This document shows positions 27,483 to 35,606 of a stretch of 64,000 bases of DNA, in pieces. Position numbers and translations under genes: made by a program. The notes beneath the pieces are model-generated. The model worked only from the letters and a program-made list of their open reading frames with translations. It had not been told where the DNA came from and searched no databases. The stretch covers positions 1 through 64,000 of the IMG/VR virus record IMGVR_UViG_3300045988_168162; one strand, given 5' to 3'. This DNA is from a virus. Every line of letters starts with the position of its first letter. The first letter of the stretch is position 1.

Positions 27483-29537
27483 TTAAATTACGACCTTGAG
27501 CACGCGCTCGGTCTGACCTTTTACTTTGACGACAAAGGAATCGTGGCGGGTGGCGGAGAAGCCAACGCCGGAGAGCTGGTCGTCGACAGGCTGCACGGAC
27601 ATCTGAGAGCCGAGGGCTTCAAAGACGCGCTTGTGGGTCAGCAGCTCCTGCTTGATAAATTCATTGTAGAAGCCATTGAGCTTGTCCGGGTTCTGACAGC
27701 CCTTGAGCATGAAGAAATAGTGGCGATTGCCGATACCGGTCTGTTCGTCCCAATAGTTGGGGGAGTACATGGCAACGCTGACGGGGACAAACTGATTCGT
27801 GCTGATGTTCCAAATATTGCGGCTGGAGATATTGCTTTTGAGTTCGTCCTTGATGGTGAACTTGCCGTCCTTGAGAGTGACGGTGGCCACGGGGACATTC
27901 GTGCCGGTAGAAATCGGGTGGCGGTATTCATACTGATGGACCTCACCGTTGGCTTCGATCTCAGCGATAAAGCCGTTGTTTCCTGTGCGGCTGGCAAAGC
28001 AGTGGACATAGAATTTATAATCACCATCGGCCATCTTCTGCAGCATGGGCCAGGTGATATTTTCAACGGCAGGAACATTCTTGCTGGGGTGCGTAATATC
28101 AACATCCAGATTGCCGCCGGTAGAACTGAAGTGATTGCCATACCAGATATGATCAACAGGGGTACTGCAGTGTGCATCTTCATCCGAACGGTCCCAGTTA
28201 TCAGGTTCATCGTTCCACTGGATAGAGAAGCGGAGAACGCCATCGACCTTGCCGCCTGCACGCTTGACATTCTCGCGGATATCGGAATCAGCCAGATTGC
28301 CCGTGTAGGCCCATGCGAAAGCGTTATCCCATTTGAACATCGTTTTGGCGCCGTGATTGACAGGGGCGGTCAGCGAGACCATGTTCTTGGAAAAGCGGTT
28401 TTCCATGAACAACTCCAGCTCCCTGGCGATGGGCAGGACATCCGAGATGAATTTATCAATACCAATCTCCTCTACATGGGAGAATCGTTTTGGATCAATG
28501 GCAACCTGCTGTTCCATAGCGGCAAATGGGTCTGCGGCTGCACCGTTCATACGCATGACGGCATCGCGGTTGGCAAAGAGAATATTGTTGACGCTGATAT
28601 CATCGAGACGGGCAAAGCGGCGGGGCAGGGAATCCATATAACCGAGTTCCGTGACGGTTTTCTTGGCATCCTCAAGCATTCGTTTTGTGAAGATAGCCTT
28701 GGGACGCTTATAGTTGGCAGGGGCGACCACGCGCTCATAAGCAGTTACAGCAGCGTTGAGATCCTTGCCGTCTGACAAGTCAATAAGCAGTGTGCCGATG
28801 CTGGTATTGCGGATGCGTGCGAGAGCTGGGTTCATTTTGATGACATCGACCCAAGATTGCAGCTCTTTCTGCCCTGCGGTCATAGCGTTGTACTTCTCCT
28901 GATAGGAGGCAAGCTGTTCCAGCTGGGACTTCCACTCGGCACCACGGTAGAGGCTGTTCTGTGCAATGAGTTCCAGTACGGTCTGCGTAGCGTCGAGCGT
29001 CAGTTCACTCATGGAGCGCAGGAATACATTGCGGTCATCCCGGATACGGGCAGTTTCCGCGTTGATGTCGCGGGTGGTGTAAGCGCAGCGCGGTGTATTG
29101 ACGAAGAAATGATTCCATGTCAGAACCTTGTTGCTGTTTTCATCCCGCTCATAGCTGCTGGCGGTGCCGACGGTAGGCTCATGAGTCAGAAAAACATCCT
29201 TGATAGGCTTAGACTTGACATAGACGGAGAGGGCATCGACAACAGGCTGATAACATTCCGGCGAGGTGGTGTCAAAGTCCCAGATGGTTTCGATTCGGTT
29301 ATCACGAATAGCGACCACACCGCCCATCGTTTTAATGAAATGACGGCAGTAGGAGCAGTCAAATTCACGCCGGACACGATAAACGGGGTTTGTACCGGCA
29401 GGGAAGGAATCGAGATAAAGGTTCCAAAGTACATCCGGGTCGAAATCGACACGGTAAAGGGCGGCGGCGTCCTTGGTCATGGAATCAAAATGAGCCATGA
29501 ATTTGTGGTGAAATGAGTGGAATGACATGATAGCCAT
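27483..29537 (-). CDS. large hypothetical protein (684 aa)
   Basis: Long uninterrupted ORF with an SD. Single CSYCRHF motif. No family recognised. Confidence 0.6.
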   Translation of the reverse strand: MAIMSFHSFHHKFMAHFDSMTKDAAALYRVDFDPDVLWNLYLDSFPAGTNPVYRVRREFDCSYCRHFIKTMGGVVAIRDNRIETIWDFDTTSPECYQPVVDALSVYVKSKPIKDVFLTHEPTVGTASSYERDENSNKVLTWNHFFVNTPRCAYTTRDINAETARIRDDRNVFLRSMSELTLDATQTVLELIAQNSLYRGAEWKSQLEQLASYQEKYNAMTAGQKELQSWVDVIKMNPALARIRNTSIGTLLIDLSDGKDLNAAVTAYERVVAPANYKRPKAIFTKRMLEDAKKTVTELGYMDSLPRRFARLDDISVNNILFANRDAVMRMNGAAADPFAAMEQQVAIDPKRFSHVEEIGIDKFISDVLPIARELELFMENRFSKNMVSLTAPVNHGAKTMFKWDNAFAWAYTGNLADSDIRENVKRAGGKVDGVLRFSIQWNDEPDNWDRSDEDAHCSTPVDHIWYGNHFSSTGGNLDVDITHPSKNVPAVENITWPMLQKMADGDYKFYVHCFASRTGNNGFIAEIEANGEVHQYEYRHPISTGTNVPVATVTLKDGKFTIKDELKSNISSRNIWNISTNQFVPVSVAMYSPNYWDEQTGIGNRHYFFMLKGCQNPDKLNGFYNEFIKQELLTHKRVFEALGSQMSVQPVDDQLSGVGFSATRHDSFVVKVKGQTERVLKVVI

Positions 29538-29709
29538 AAGCGGTCTCCTTTTAAAAATGTTTAATGTAACAATTGTTTTGTGCGAGGACTAAATCATCTC
29601 GTGTCTCCTGTTAAAACTCTTGGGTGGTAAACGCGCTTGGGTTGCATGTCTGATACGATGCGTATACGGCCGAGGGCGGCAGACAGTTGGTGGATTGCCT
29701 TTGGACACC

Positions 29710-30075
29710 TCACAGAACACGCGGATAGTAGCGCCGGTTGTGTTGGGCTTTATCGATCTTGCGGAGCTTGCCGACCAGCTCGGACAGTTCGCGGACGGCT
29801 TTTACATTATCAACGTCCTGCAGATAGTCTTTGATGGGCTGCATCCGCTCGATTTCATCCTTCATCATACGGCGAGTGGCGCGACACTCCTTGAGCTGCT
29901 TGGCCAGCTTGACCATTTCGACAGCGTCCAGAGATTCAAGCTCAAGCCTATGTAATAAATCCTGGGTAATGAGGTCTTGCTCTTTGACACCGGCCACGTT
30001 GACCTGATAGCGCATATCAAGATTTTGAAACAGCTGAACGGTTTGGGACAGGGAATCTGCTGCGGACGAGTCCAA
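29710..30075 (-). CDS. hypothetical coiled-coil protein
   Basis: ORF preceded by AAAGGAGTGAT. Confidence 0.45.
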   Translation of the reverse strand: MDSSAADSLSQTVQLFQNLDMRYQVNVAGVKEQDLITQDLLHRLELESLDAVEMVKLAKQLKECRATRRMMKDEIERMQPIKDYLQDVDNVKAVRELSELVGKLRKIDKAQHNRRYYPRVL

Positions 30076-30164
30076 GATAAATCACTCCTTTAAAATTATT
30101 TTTTTTTGATTGGCGCACAAAAGCGAGCTGCCCATCCCTGAGCGAGCTTTTTAGGTTTGCATTT

Positions 30165-30241
30165 GGTAACAAATTCATTAACTCGGATATGACCTGAGTT
30201 CGTTTTGCCGGGCTTAGATGGTTCCCCACAAAGGGTGACAC
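30165..30241 (-). ncRNA. copy A of a conserved structured-RNA module (4 copies in the window)
   Basis: GGTAACAAATTC + hairpin with invariant CGGATATGACCTG core and covarying outer stem + second hairpin + GGGTGACAC. Lies about 80 nt from tRNA-Thr. Strand inferred, not proven. Confidence 0.5.
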
Positions 30242-30321
30242 ATCGTGGCTGCCGACCACTATGTACTACGCCATTTGCTGTCTGCCGAAGCGGACGGAGA
30301 AATATGGATGACGAATCATCC

Positions 30322-30396
30322 TGGTGCTGGATGCAGGCTACGATCCCGCCTTGCCGGAGTACAAAACCGGGGTTCTACCAAATGAACTAATCCAGC
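30322..30396 (-). tRNA. tRNA-Thr (UGU)
   Basis: Cloverleaf read by eye: acceptor GCTGGAT/ATCCAGC, D arm GTTC/GAAC, anticodon loop TTTGTAC, encoded CCA. T-loop is ATCGTAG (non-canonical). Confidence 0.7.
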
Positions 30397-30403
30397 ATAT
30401 AAA

Positions 30404-30423
30404 CCTCAGATTTGCCGCTGAGG
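30404..30423 (-). terminator. intrinsic terminator after ORF 30438-31019
   Basis: CCTCAG-N8-CTGAGG hairpin followed in minus sense by TTTAT. Confidence 0.5.
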
Positions 30424-30437
30424 AGCCGGTATGTAAA

Positions 30438-31019
30438 TTAAGAGCGTTTATCGAGAACTTTCTCGTCCATGTAAGCATCGATCATTCGTTGCGTTTCTTC
30501 ATACGTGTGCTCACGGGCGTAACGGTTTACGTAGTTGATGCCGACACCCATGATCCTGGCAGCCTCGCGCCCAGTGACAGGAATCCTGTAATAATGTGTG
30601 GTGGATTTATGCTTTGAGTTGAGCCGCGTTGGAATCCAACGGCAATTCTCTGGGCAGTAATCCTTAGAAGAATCAATACGGTCAATGGACAGACCGGGTT
30701 TATACCCGTTTTGTAAAGACCAGAAAATAAATTCATCCGGGTGATAGAGCCATTCATCACAAATTCGGATGCCTTTTGCGCCATAGAATTTATAATCAGA
30801 TGCAGAAGTATCGTAACATCGGTCTTTCATTTTTAAGAAAGTTTTGGTAAGATGAGAATTTGAGACAGATGCTTTGGCAGCATGAATCGTAGGAAATCCA
30901 AAACGATCATAATGCGGGCATGTGTCATTTTTTAAATAATGAAAGTCACCAATAGACCGAATTGTTTTTGTGCCGCAGTAGACGCACTCGCCAACATAAA
31001 GTGTCCGATTGTTTTGCAC
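30438..31019 (-). CDS. homing-endonuclease-like protein (HNH/AP2-related family)
   Basis: MKDRCYD..YKFYGAKGIRICDEW .. F..W .. GYKPGLSIDRIDSSKDYCPENCRWIP, a pattern common in free-standing phage endonucleases. C-terminal HTH-like GREAARIMGVGINYV. Confidence 0.6.
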   Translation of the reverse strand: MQNNRTLYVGECVYCGTKTIRSIGDFHYLKNDTCPHYDRFGFPTIHAAKASVSNSHLTKTFLKMKDRCYDTSASDYKFYGAKGIRICDEWLYHPDEFIFWSLQNGYKPGLSIDRIDSSKDYCPENCRWIPTRLNSKHKSTTHYYRIPVTGREAARIMGVGINYVNRYAREHTYEETQRMIDAYMDEKVLDKRS

Positions 31020-31119
31020 AGATTTATCTATGATTTTGTAAGGACCACAGCGCTCGCCAATATGATTTGTTTTTATTGGAAATCACCTCTTTGAAAAGAA
31101 GACCGAATAGCATTTTAAG

Positions 31120-31193
31120 TGTTCCCGGTGGAAGTCGAATCCACAAATAACAGAACCTAAATCTGCCGCGTCTGCCAATTGAGCCACGGGAAC
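31120..31193 (-). tRNA. tRNA-like gene, anticodon UAG (Leu) but short variable arm and weak D stem
   Basis: Acceptor GTTCCCG/CGGGAAC, anticodon arm GCAGA-TTTAGGT-TCTGT, good T arm GTGGA-TTCGACT-TCCAC, A73. The D stem has only 2 clean pairs. Confidence 0.4.
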
Positions 31194-31469
31194 ATGGCAG
31201 GCTTCCCGCATAGATTATCGAATCACTATCGTCACCGTCATGACCTTCACCATACCATCTTTGCACCGACAACTAGCATTGGCACTAAGCATGTAGGAAG
31301 TGATTTGTTTTCAGCGGACATTGTCATTCTGGGTGAGGCTATCCCATGCGCTCTCACATCGTTCGGGCGCTACCCGACCTCTGGATAAACCAGGCTGGCT
31401 CGAACAGTCACAAACGGGGTCAAAGCCCGTTGCTCTTACCATTAGGGGCGAAAGCTCATTATAAATTGA

Positions 31470-33008
31470 TTATACGAATAAAATACCCGTATTTTTTGCA
31501 ACAAACCTGCACTTTCCTGCTGCAATTTTATTTGTATTTGTATCATAGTACGTTGTTGCTTTTCCATTTCGAGAAGATACAATCCCTTGCATTATATGAA
31601 TTTGCTTTTTGACAAGAAAAATACTTCCTGGATAATTACGGTTCGGATTCCTGTATGTTTGATGATGTTTTTCAACTTTTAGTTTGCAAACAGTATTTTG
31701 ATTTTTTTTACGAAATTCTTCCAAACTATCTACAACCTGTTCAACAGCCTTATGCCGATTAAATGCTACTTTTTTACCATTGAACGTATATATGCGACTC
31801 ATGTTTGCATTATTTAACGCCCTCCTATCGTGACGACGGAACTGTTTAAGTTCATACGGTGCACGACTGTTGATTGTACTATCACAAACATCGTTAGGCA
31901 AAACAGAACAGGCAATGCAATAGGCATCGAGCCAGTGGTCTTTGCTTATACCGTGTGCTGCACGGTAATCGTAGGTGCTTTTTCCCGTTGTTACGAAAAA
32001 GTGCTTTTGAAAAAGAGAACTTAATTCTTTCGTCAGTGCCGGAATGATTTGATTCAATACACTCAAAGCACCATATTTTTTATTGAGTCCTGTTTTCTTT
32101 TTGGCGAGTTTTTCTTGCCATGCAGTATCCTTATGTACGAGGTTATGATGCTTTGCGCATAAGCCAACGATATTGGCAATTGTGTTGCTGCCATTTTTAT
32201 GTTGCGGTACTACATGATGGTAATGTTCAATAGGTTTCTTACAAAACAAGCAGTGCTGTTCCTGCATTTCAGAAACAGCGCTCTCAAGATCCCCTTTTTG
32301 ATAGAGTGGACCCTGTTGGTACTGCCACTTCTTGATAACGGGATTATCAAGCTGCATGAAAGCAAATTTGTTAACCTCAAGCACAACATCACTGATGGGA
32401 AGGAATTTTTGAATTTTCTTAACCAAGTTGATGTGTGTTTTGAGCAACTGATTTGCAGTAGGCGTAAGCCAGCCTTCCGGTCTTGTGCGATTGTTGAACT
32501 TTGCTTCTTTGTTCTTGATGCCAATGCAAAGGACTTCTTTCTCGCAACCCGGAAGATGGCGCTTAATGACGCCAATTTCTTTTGCACGCTTGCTGACGCT
32601 GCCATTTTGGGCAGTGTCTTGCTTCACGCACTTTTTAGAAATAGTGCCATTGGCTTTTGCTCTCCGCTGACGACGGCATCGTCTACCATTGGTACGTCTT
32701 GCACGGCGGGAATCCTTACGCTTTTTCATCAATTTCGGAATTTCCTTGTTACGGGTTTCCAGATGTGCGGTAAAGACTGCCGTGCCGTCCGTTTTAACAA
32801 CAGCAACACCGATATTGGTTCTGCCGGGGTCGATGCCCAAGTAAAGCGGTTGCACCACATCGTCAGTTTCATACAACAGTTGAATGGTAAACGGCTTTGT
32901 TCTTACGGCTCGTGCTTTCTGCTCTTTAAGAAGATGGCGTACATGCCCACAGCGAGTCGTAGGCATTAAAGGTTTACCGTCTTTATTAAGCACATATACA
33001 GTGGACAT
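31470..33008 (-). CDS. iscB: IscB RNA-guided nuclease (512 aa)
   Basis: PLMP motif (DGKPLMPT), RuvC-I LGIDPGRTNIG, Arg-rich bridge helix RRARRTNGRRCRRQRR, HNH (CLFCKK..HHVVP..N..LCAKHHNLVH), RuvC-III DHWLDAYC. ATG 33008 follows AAAGGAGG. Confidence 0.85.
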   Translation of the reverse strand: MSTVYVLNKDGKPLMPTTRCGHVRHLLKEQKARAVRTKPFTIQLLYETDDVVQPLYLGIDPGRTNIGVAVVKTDGTAVFTAHLETRNKEIPKLMKKRKDSRRARRTNGRRCRRQRRAKANGTISKKCVKQDTAQNGSVSKRAKEIGVIKRHLPGCEKEVLCIGIKNKEAKFNNRTRPEGWLTPTANQLLKTHINLVKKIQKFLPISDVVLEVNKFAFMQLDNPVIKKWQYQQGPLYQKGDLESAVSEMQEQHCLFCKKPIEHYHHVVPQHKNGSNTIANIVGLCAKHHNLVHKDTAWQEKLAKKKTGLNKKYGALSVLNQIIPALTKELSSLFQKHFFVTTGKSTYDYRAAHGISKDHWLDAYCIACSVLPNDVCDSTINSRAPYELKQFRRHDRRALNNANMSRIYTFNGKKVAFNRHKAVEQVVDSLEEFRKKNQNTVCKLKVEKHHQTYRNPNRNYPGSIFLVKKQIHIMQGIVSSRNGKATTYYDTNTNKIAAGKCRFVAKNTGILFV

Positions 33009-33240
33009 ATACGCCACCTCCTTTACGATAAGTCTCCCCTGCCGAAGCGGGAGGTTATGTTTCCCTTGGCTAGGTAGCAGCTTAGTAGTGTTGCAAGCTG
33101 GGAAAACCTGCAAGTACATCTGCTATCTTGATGTACAAAAGTACATCTGCCTGTGATATTGAAGGAACTTAGTGGAATGATATTATTTTATTAAAGTTCT
33201 TCAATACCCTACGACGATGTGCCGTTTCGGAAACCCGGAT
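33009..33240 (-). ncRNA. candidate IscB omega-RNA (HEARO-like) scaffold
   Basis: 232-nt non-coding leader immediately 5' of iscB with several hairpins (GATGTAC-TTTT-GTACATC; TAGCAG..CTGCTA; CTCCCGC-TTCG-GCAGGGGAG). The position matches known IscB omega-RNAs. Boundaries unknown. Confidence 0.45.
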
Positions 33241-33317
33241 GGAACTGGAGGGCCTCGAACCCAAAATCATAATCCCAGTTATGAGCTGGACGCACTAACC
33301 ATTTGTGCTACAGTTCC
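33240..33317 (-). tRNA. tRNA-Met/Ile2-type (CAU)
   Basis: Acceptor GGAACTG/CAGTTCC, D arm GCAC/GTGC, anticodon loop CTCATAA. The T stem is weak (3 clean pairs) and the variable region is 9 nt. Confidence 0.55.
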
Positions 33318-33409
33318 TTATAAAATGGTTCCGTTTTTATCCTTAACGGTTTCCGTAACAGATAAGTAAGAATGAAACAAATATAGAAGGAGGGGGATAC
33401 CAGCCCCCA

Positions 33410-33485
33410 TGGTCGAATAGGCGAAACTCGAATTCGCGGCCTCTTGCTCCCAGGGCAAGCGTTCTACCAGCTGAACTACTACTCG
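33410..33485 (-). tRNA. tRNA-Pro (UGG)
   Basis: All four stems are clean (CGAGTAG/CTATTCG, GTTC/GAAC, CTTGC/GCAAG, GCGAA/TTCGC), encoded CCA. The anticodon loop CCTGGGA has C at position 33. Confidence 0.8.
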
Positions 33486-34030
33486 ATAATAAGAGAGAAC
33501 CTACCCCTGGATGACTCGAACGTCCGTTTTCAGCCTGCGCTGCTGTCCTTGCCTATTAGACGAAGCGGCAAGCTCTCTCTGAATTGGATTGAAAGTGTTT
33601 TCTTCTTGGCTCCCATTTCTATAGCCAGGATTCCGATAGTGGCGAACTATCCTAGGTGTTGGTTTATCTGCTAATGTTTACAGACTCTATAGCAGACCAC
33701 ATGCGAGTGGTGAAACCTTTGGCACCTGCCGGTTATCTGCAGGCACACGCTTTCAATCTTGGCGGGGCACTATCCCCAGCCTGTTGGTGGGACCTGGACC
33801 TTGCGGCCAGCCCCCGAGTTGTGCGAGACCTAGATCTGAGCGAGGCGAATCCTGCCTTTGCCGTTTGGCATCTCGCGGTAACGGAACCTGAATTCATGCG
33901 GATTTCACTGGGCGATATCTAATAAATAGACACCGAAACCGTTCATCATCCGAAGCAGCTGGATTCCGTTTTGCCCTGATTCCGGCTTTCGGCAGGTGAT
34001 CGGCCTGCTATAGAACCAGGGCAATGGTGC
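33486..34030 (-). ncRNA. long structured non-coding region between tRNA-Pro and RNA module B
   Basis: No credible ORF. Many local and long-range helices, e.g. 33971-33978/34017-34024 (8 bp), a GNRA-capped hairpin at 33794-33810, and a tRNA T-arm-like GGACG-TTCGAGT-CATCC at 33509-33525. Confidence 0.4.
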
Positions 34031-34319
34031 GGAATGAATCTTGACCAGACAGCCCGCGATTGGTATGTATAATGCAATGGGTGTGGCGCATGGTCTGGGT
34101 GACAAATTTGAACACTCGGATATGACCTGAGTGTGGCGCGTGTTGCAAGGGAATTCTCGTGCCTGGAGGCAGCTGCACATTTCGATTATACTGACAAAGT
34201 AGTGGCATAATCCACTGGACAACCTGGGCCGTGACTGTCATTAACCCTTGGCAGAAACCAGGTATTACTTTCGCGAGAATCCTGTGGCGCTGCTGTGCGC
34301 TGTTGGTAAGATTCATTCC
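34031..34319 (-). ncRNA. copy B of the conserved structured-RNA module, closed by a 12-bp helix
   Basis: GGAATGAATCTT (34031-34042) pairs with AAGATTCATTCC (34308-34319). The conserved module GGGTGACAAATTTGAACACTCGGATATGACCTGAGTG lies at 34097-34133. Abuts tRNA-Gly. Confidence 0.5.
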
Positions 34320-34321
34320 GT

Positions 34322-34396
34322 TGGAGCGGCTGAGGGGCGTCGAACCCCCGTCCCCAGCTTGGAAGGCTGGTATACTGGCCGTTGTACGACAGCCGC
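34322..34396 (-). tRNA. tRNA-Gly (UCC)
   Basis: Acceptor GCGGCTG/CAGCCGC, anticodon arm CCAGC-CTTCCAA-GCTGG, T arm GGGGG-TTCGACG-CCCCT, encoded CCA. Confidence 0.85.
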
Positions 34397-34576
34397 ATAA
34401 TAGGGCGGATTATTTTTACATGCTACCGCCTTCGCATGTTGCCCATATACCAGCCTTGAGGACAGCGAACTGTCGCACAGCCGGACATATGACCTTGTAC
34501 CAAGGATTTTTAAGAAACGTTGAGCGTGTGAACCGTAATCATTAAGCGTTGACGAAAAATAAACTTTGAATCTTGA

Positions 34577-34604
34577 GCGTTAAGCTGTTAGCGTTGAGCT
34601 GTTA
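34577..34604. repeat. tandem 14-mer GCGTT(A/G)AGCTGTTA x2, with related AGCGTTGA/GAGCGTG half-sites from 34519
   Basis: Direct reading of 34519-34606 in a 440-nt non-coding gap. Confidence 0.6.
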
Positions 34605-34838
34605 GCTTTCCCATCAATTGTCTTCGTTGGGCTGCGGGCTTCACAAGTATCCGCAGCACGATCAATAATGACAACGAAGACCGTCTTTTCAGCAATCATA
34701 ATTTTAATGATATGGCAGAGTTCCAGATTTCAGTTTCAACTCAGTCCTGAACCCCAAGGGGACGGAGCGGCTGTGATTTATCGCTTTCGATATACAGGCA
34801 AGATCTATTTAATAACGAGTGTTAAGCTCGGAAGGATA

Positions 34839-35501
34839 TCAGTATTCGATGGTGATGGTTGTGGTGGCGTTGGAGACCGAGAGGGCAGCATCCAGATCGT
34901 TCTGGAAGGTGGTTACCATAGTCTCCAGCTCCTCGATGCGGGACGAGATCGTCTGCTTGTTCTGCTTCAGGCCATCGAAAACCTCGTAGGTATTGGCCTT
35001 GACGTAGGCTTCGCGGGCAGCTTCGACCTCTTTGGGATCGGCCGCCTTGGCCGCCTTATCGCCGCCGTACAGAGATGCGATATAGGAATCCGTGCGCTTA
35101 TCCAGCGTGGCGTTTTCATCCTCGACTTCCGATACGGCGTTGCTGTACTGGTAGCGCAGCTGGTTGAGCAGGTCTTTATACGGCTGGTAGCCAACCTGTT
35201 TCATAACGATAGCCTCGGCCACGGTCATGGTTTTATCGCCGACCTGGATCTTGGTGGTGGCGTTGGATACGGGGATGGCCATTTTAATGGCGTTGCGGCG
35301 ATGGATCAGCTCACTGATTTTATCGTAGGCGGAGACTGCCTTTGCGGTGAACTCTTCTGTGGGCTGACCGAGCAGCTTTTTGGCATTCATCTTGGCGCTC
35401 ATGCAGAAGTTGGCTTCACCAATGGCCTTGCCGATGCGCTTATCAATGGTTTTGAGCTCGACAAGGGCGCGGTGGATGGTCATGGTTTCGGTAGTGGACA
35501 T
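34839..35501 (-). CDS. hypothetical protein (220 aa), probably highly expressed
   Basis: Strong SD (AAGGAGGTCC) and a conserved promoter-like motif upstream. Coiled-coil-rich. No family recognised. Confidence 0.55.
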   Translation of the reverse strand: MSTTETMTIHRALVELKTIDKRIGKAIGEANFCMSAKMNAKKLLGQPTEEFTAKAVSAYDKISELIHRRNAIKMAIPVSNATTKIQVGDKTMTVAEAIVMKQVGYQPYKDLLNQLRYQYSNAVSEVEDENATLDKRTDSYIASLYGGDKAAKAADPKEVEAAREAYVKANTYEVFDGLKQNKQTISSRIEELETMVTTFQNDLDAALSVSNATTTITIEY

Positions 35502-35541
35502 GGGAAGGACCTCCTTGAAGTTTGAAATTTTATGGTTTATG

Positions 35542-35567
35542 TTTATGTGCCGTTAATTCTTGACGGC
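35542..35567 (-). promoter_or_regulatory. conserved promoter-like motif (TTAACGGCAC core)
   Basis: Minus-sense GCCGTCAAGAATTAACGGCACATAAA lies about 40 nt upstream of ORF 34839-35501. Confidence 0.5.
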
Positions 35568-35575
35568 TTAAATAT

Positions 35576-35606
35576 CCCGGCCTGTATGACCGGGGTATTT
35601 TTTATT
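35576..35606. terminator. hairpin CCCGG-N9-CCGGG with T-run, possible bidirectional terminator
   Basis: Sits immediately 3' of ORF 35602-36693. The U-tract is stronger on the plus strand. Confidence 0.4.

Noticed and set aside
31024-31272. 82-aa ORF and other track ORFs inside the RNA islands (31179-31612, 33444-34545, 55690-56487).
   Set aside because: They overlap tRNA genes or helix-dense repeats, have no SD, and their translations are Arg/Ser/Cys-rich noise.
30165-34319. Plus-strand transcription of the structured RNAs. Several stems have G-U on the plus strand but A-C mismatches in minus sense.
   Set aside because: In minus sense the hairpins are capped by canonical C(UUCG)G and GNRA (GCAA) tetraloops. 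The same CCGCUUCGGCAG hairpin, with the same A-C, occurs in the iscB leader, which must be minus-sense. All flanking genes and tRNAs are on the minus strand. Strand remains formally unproven.
33486-34321. tmRNA or RNase P RNA in the large non-coding block (GGGGCTGG start, T-arm-like end).
   Set aside because: No acceptor pairing exists between the putative ends, there is no tag reading frame with a resume codon context, and no GGAAAGUCCGGGC-type RNase P core.
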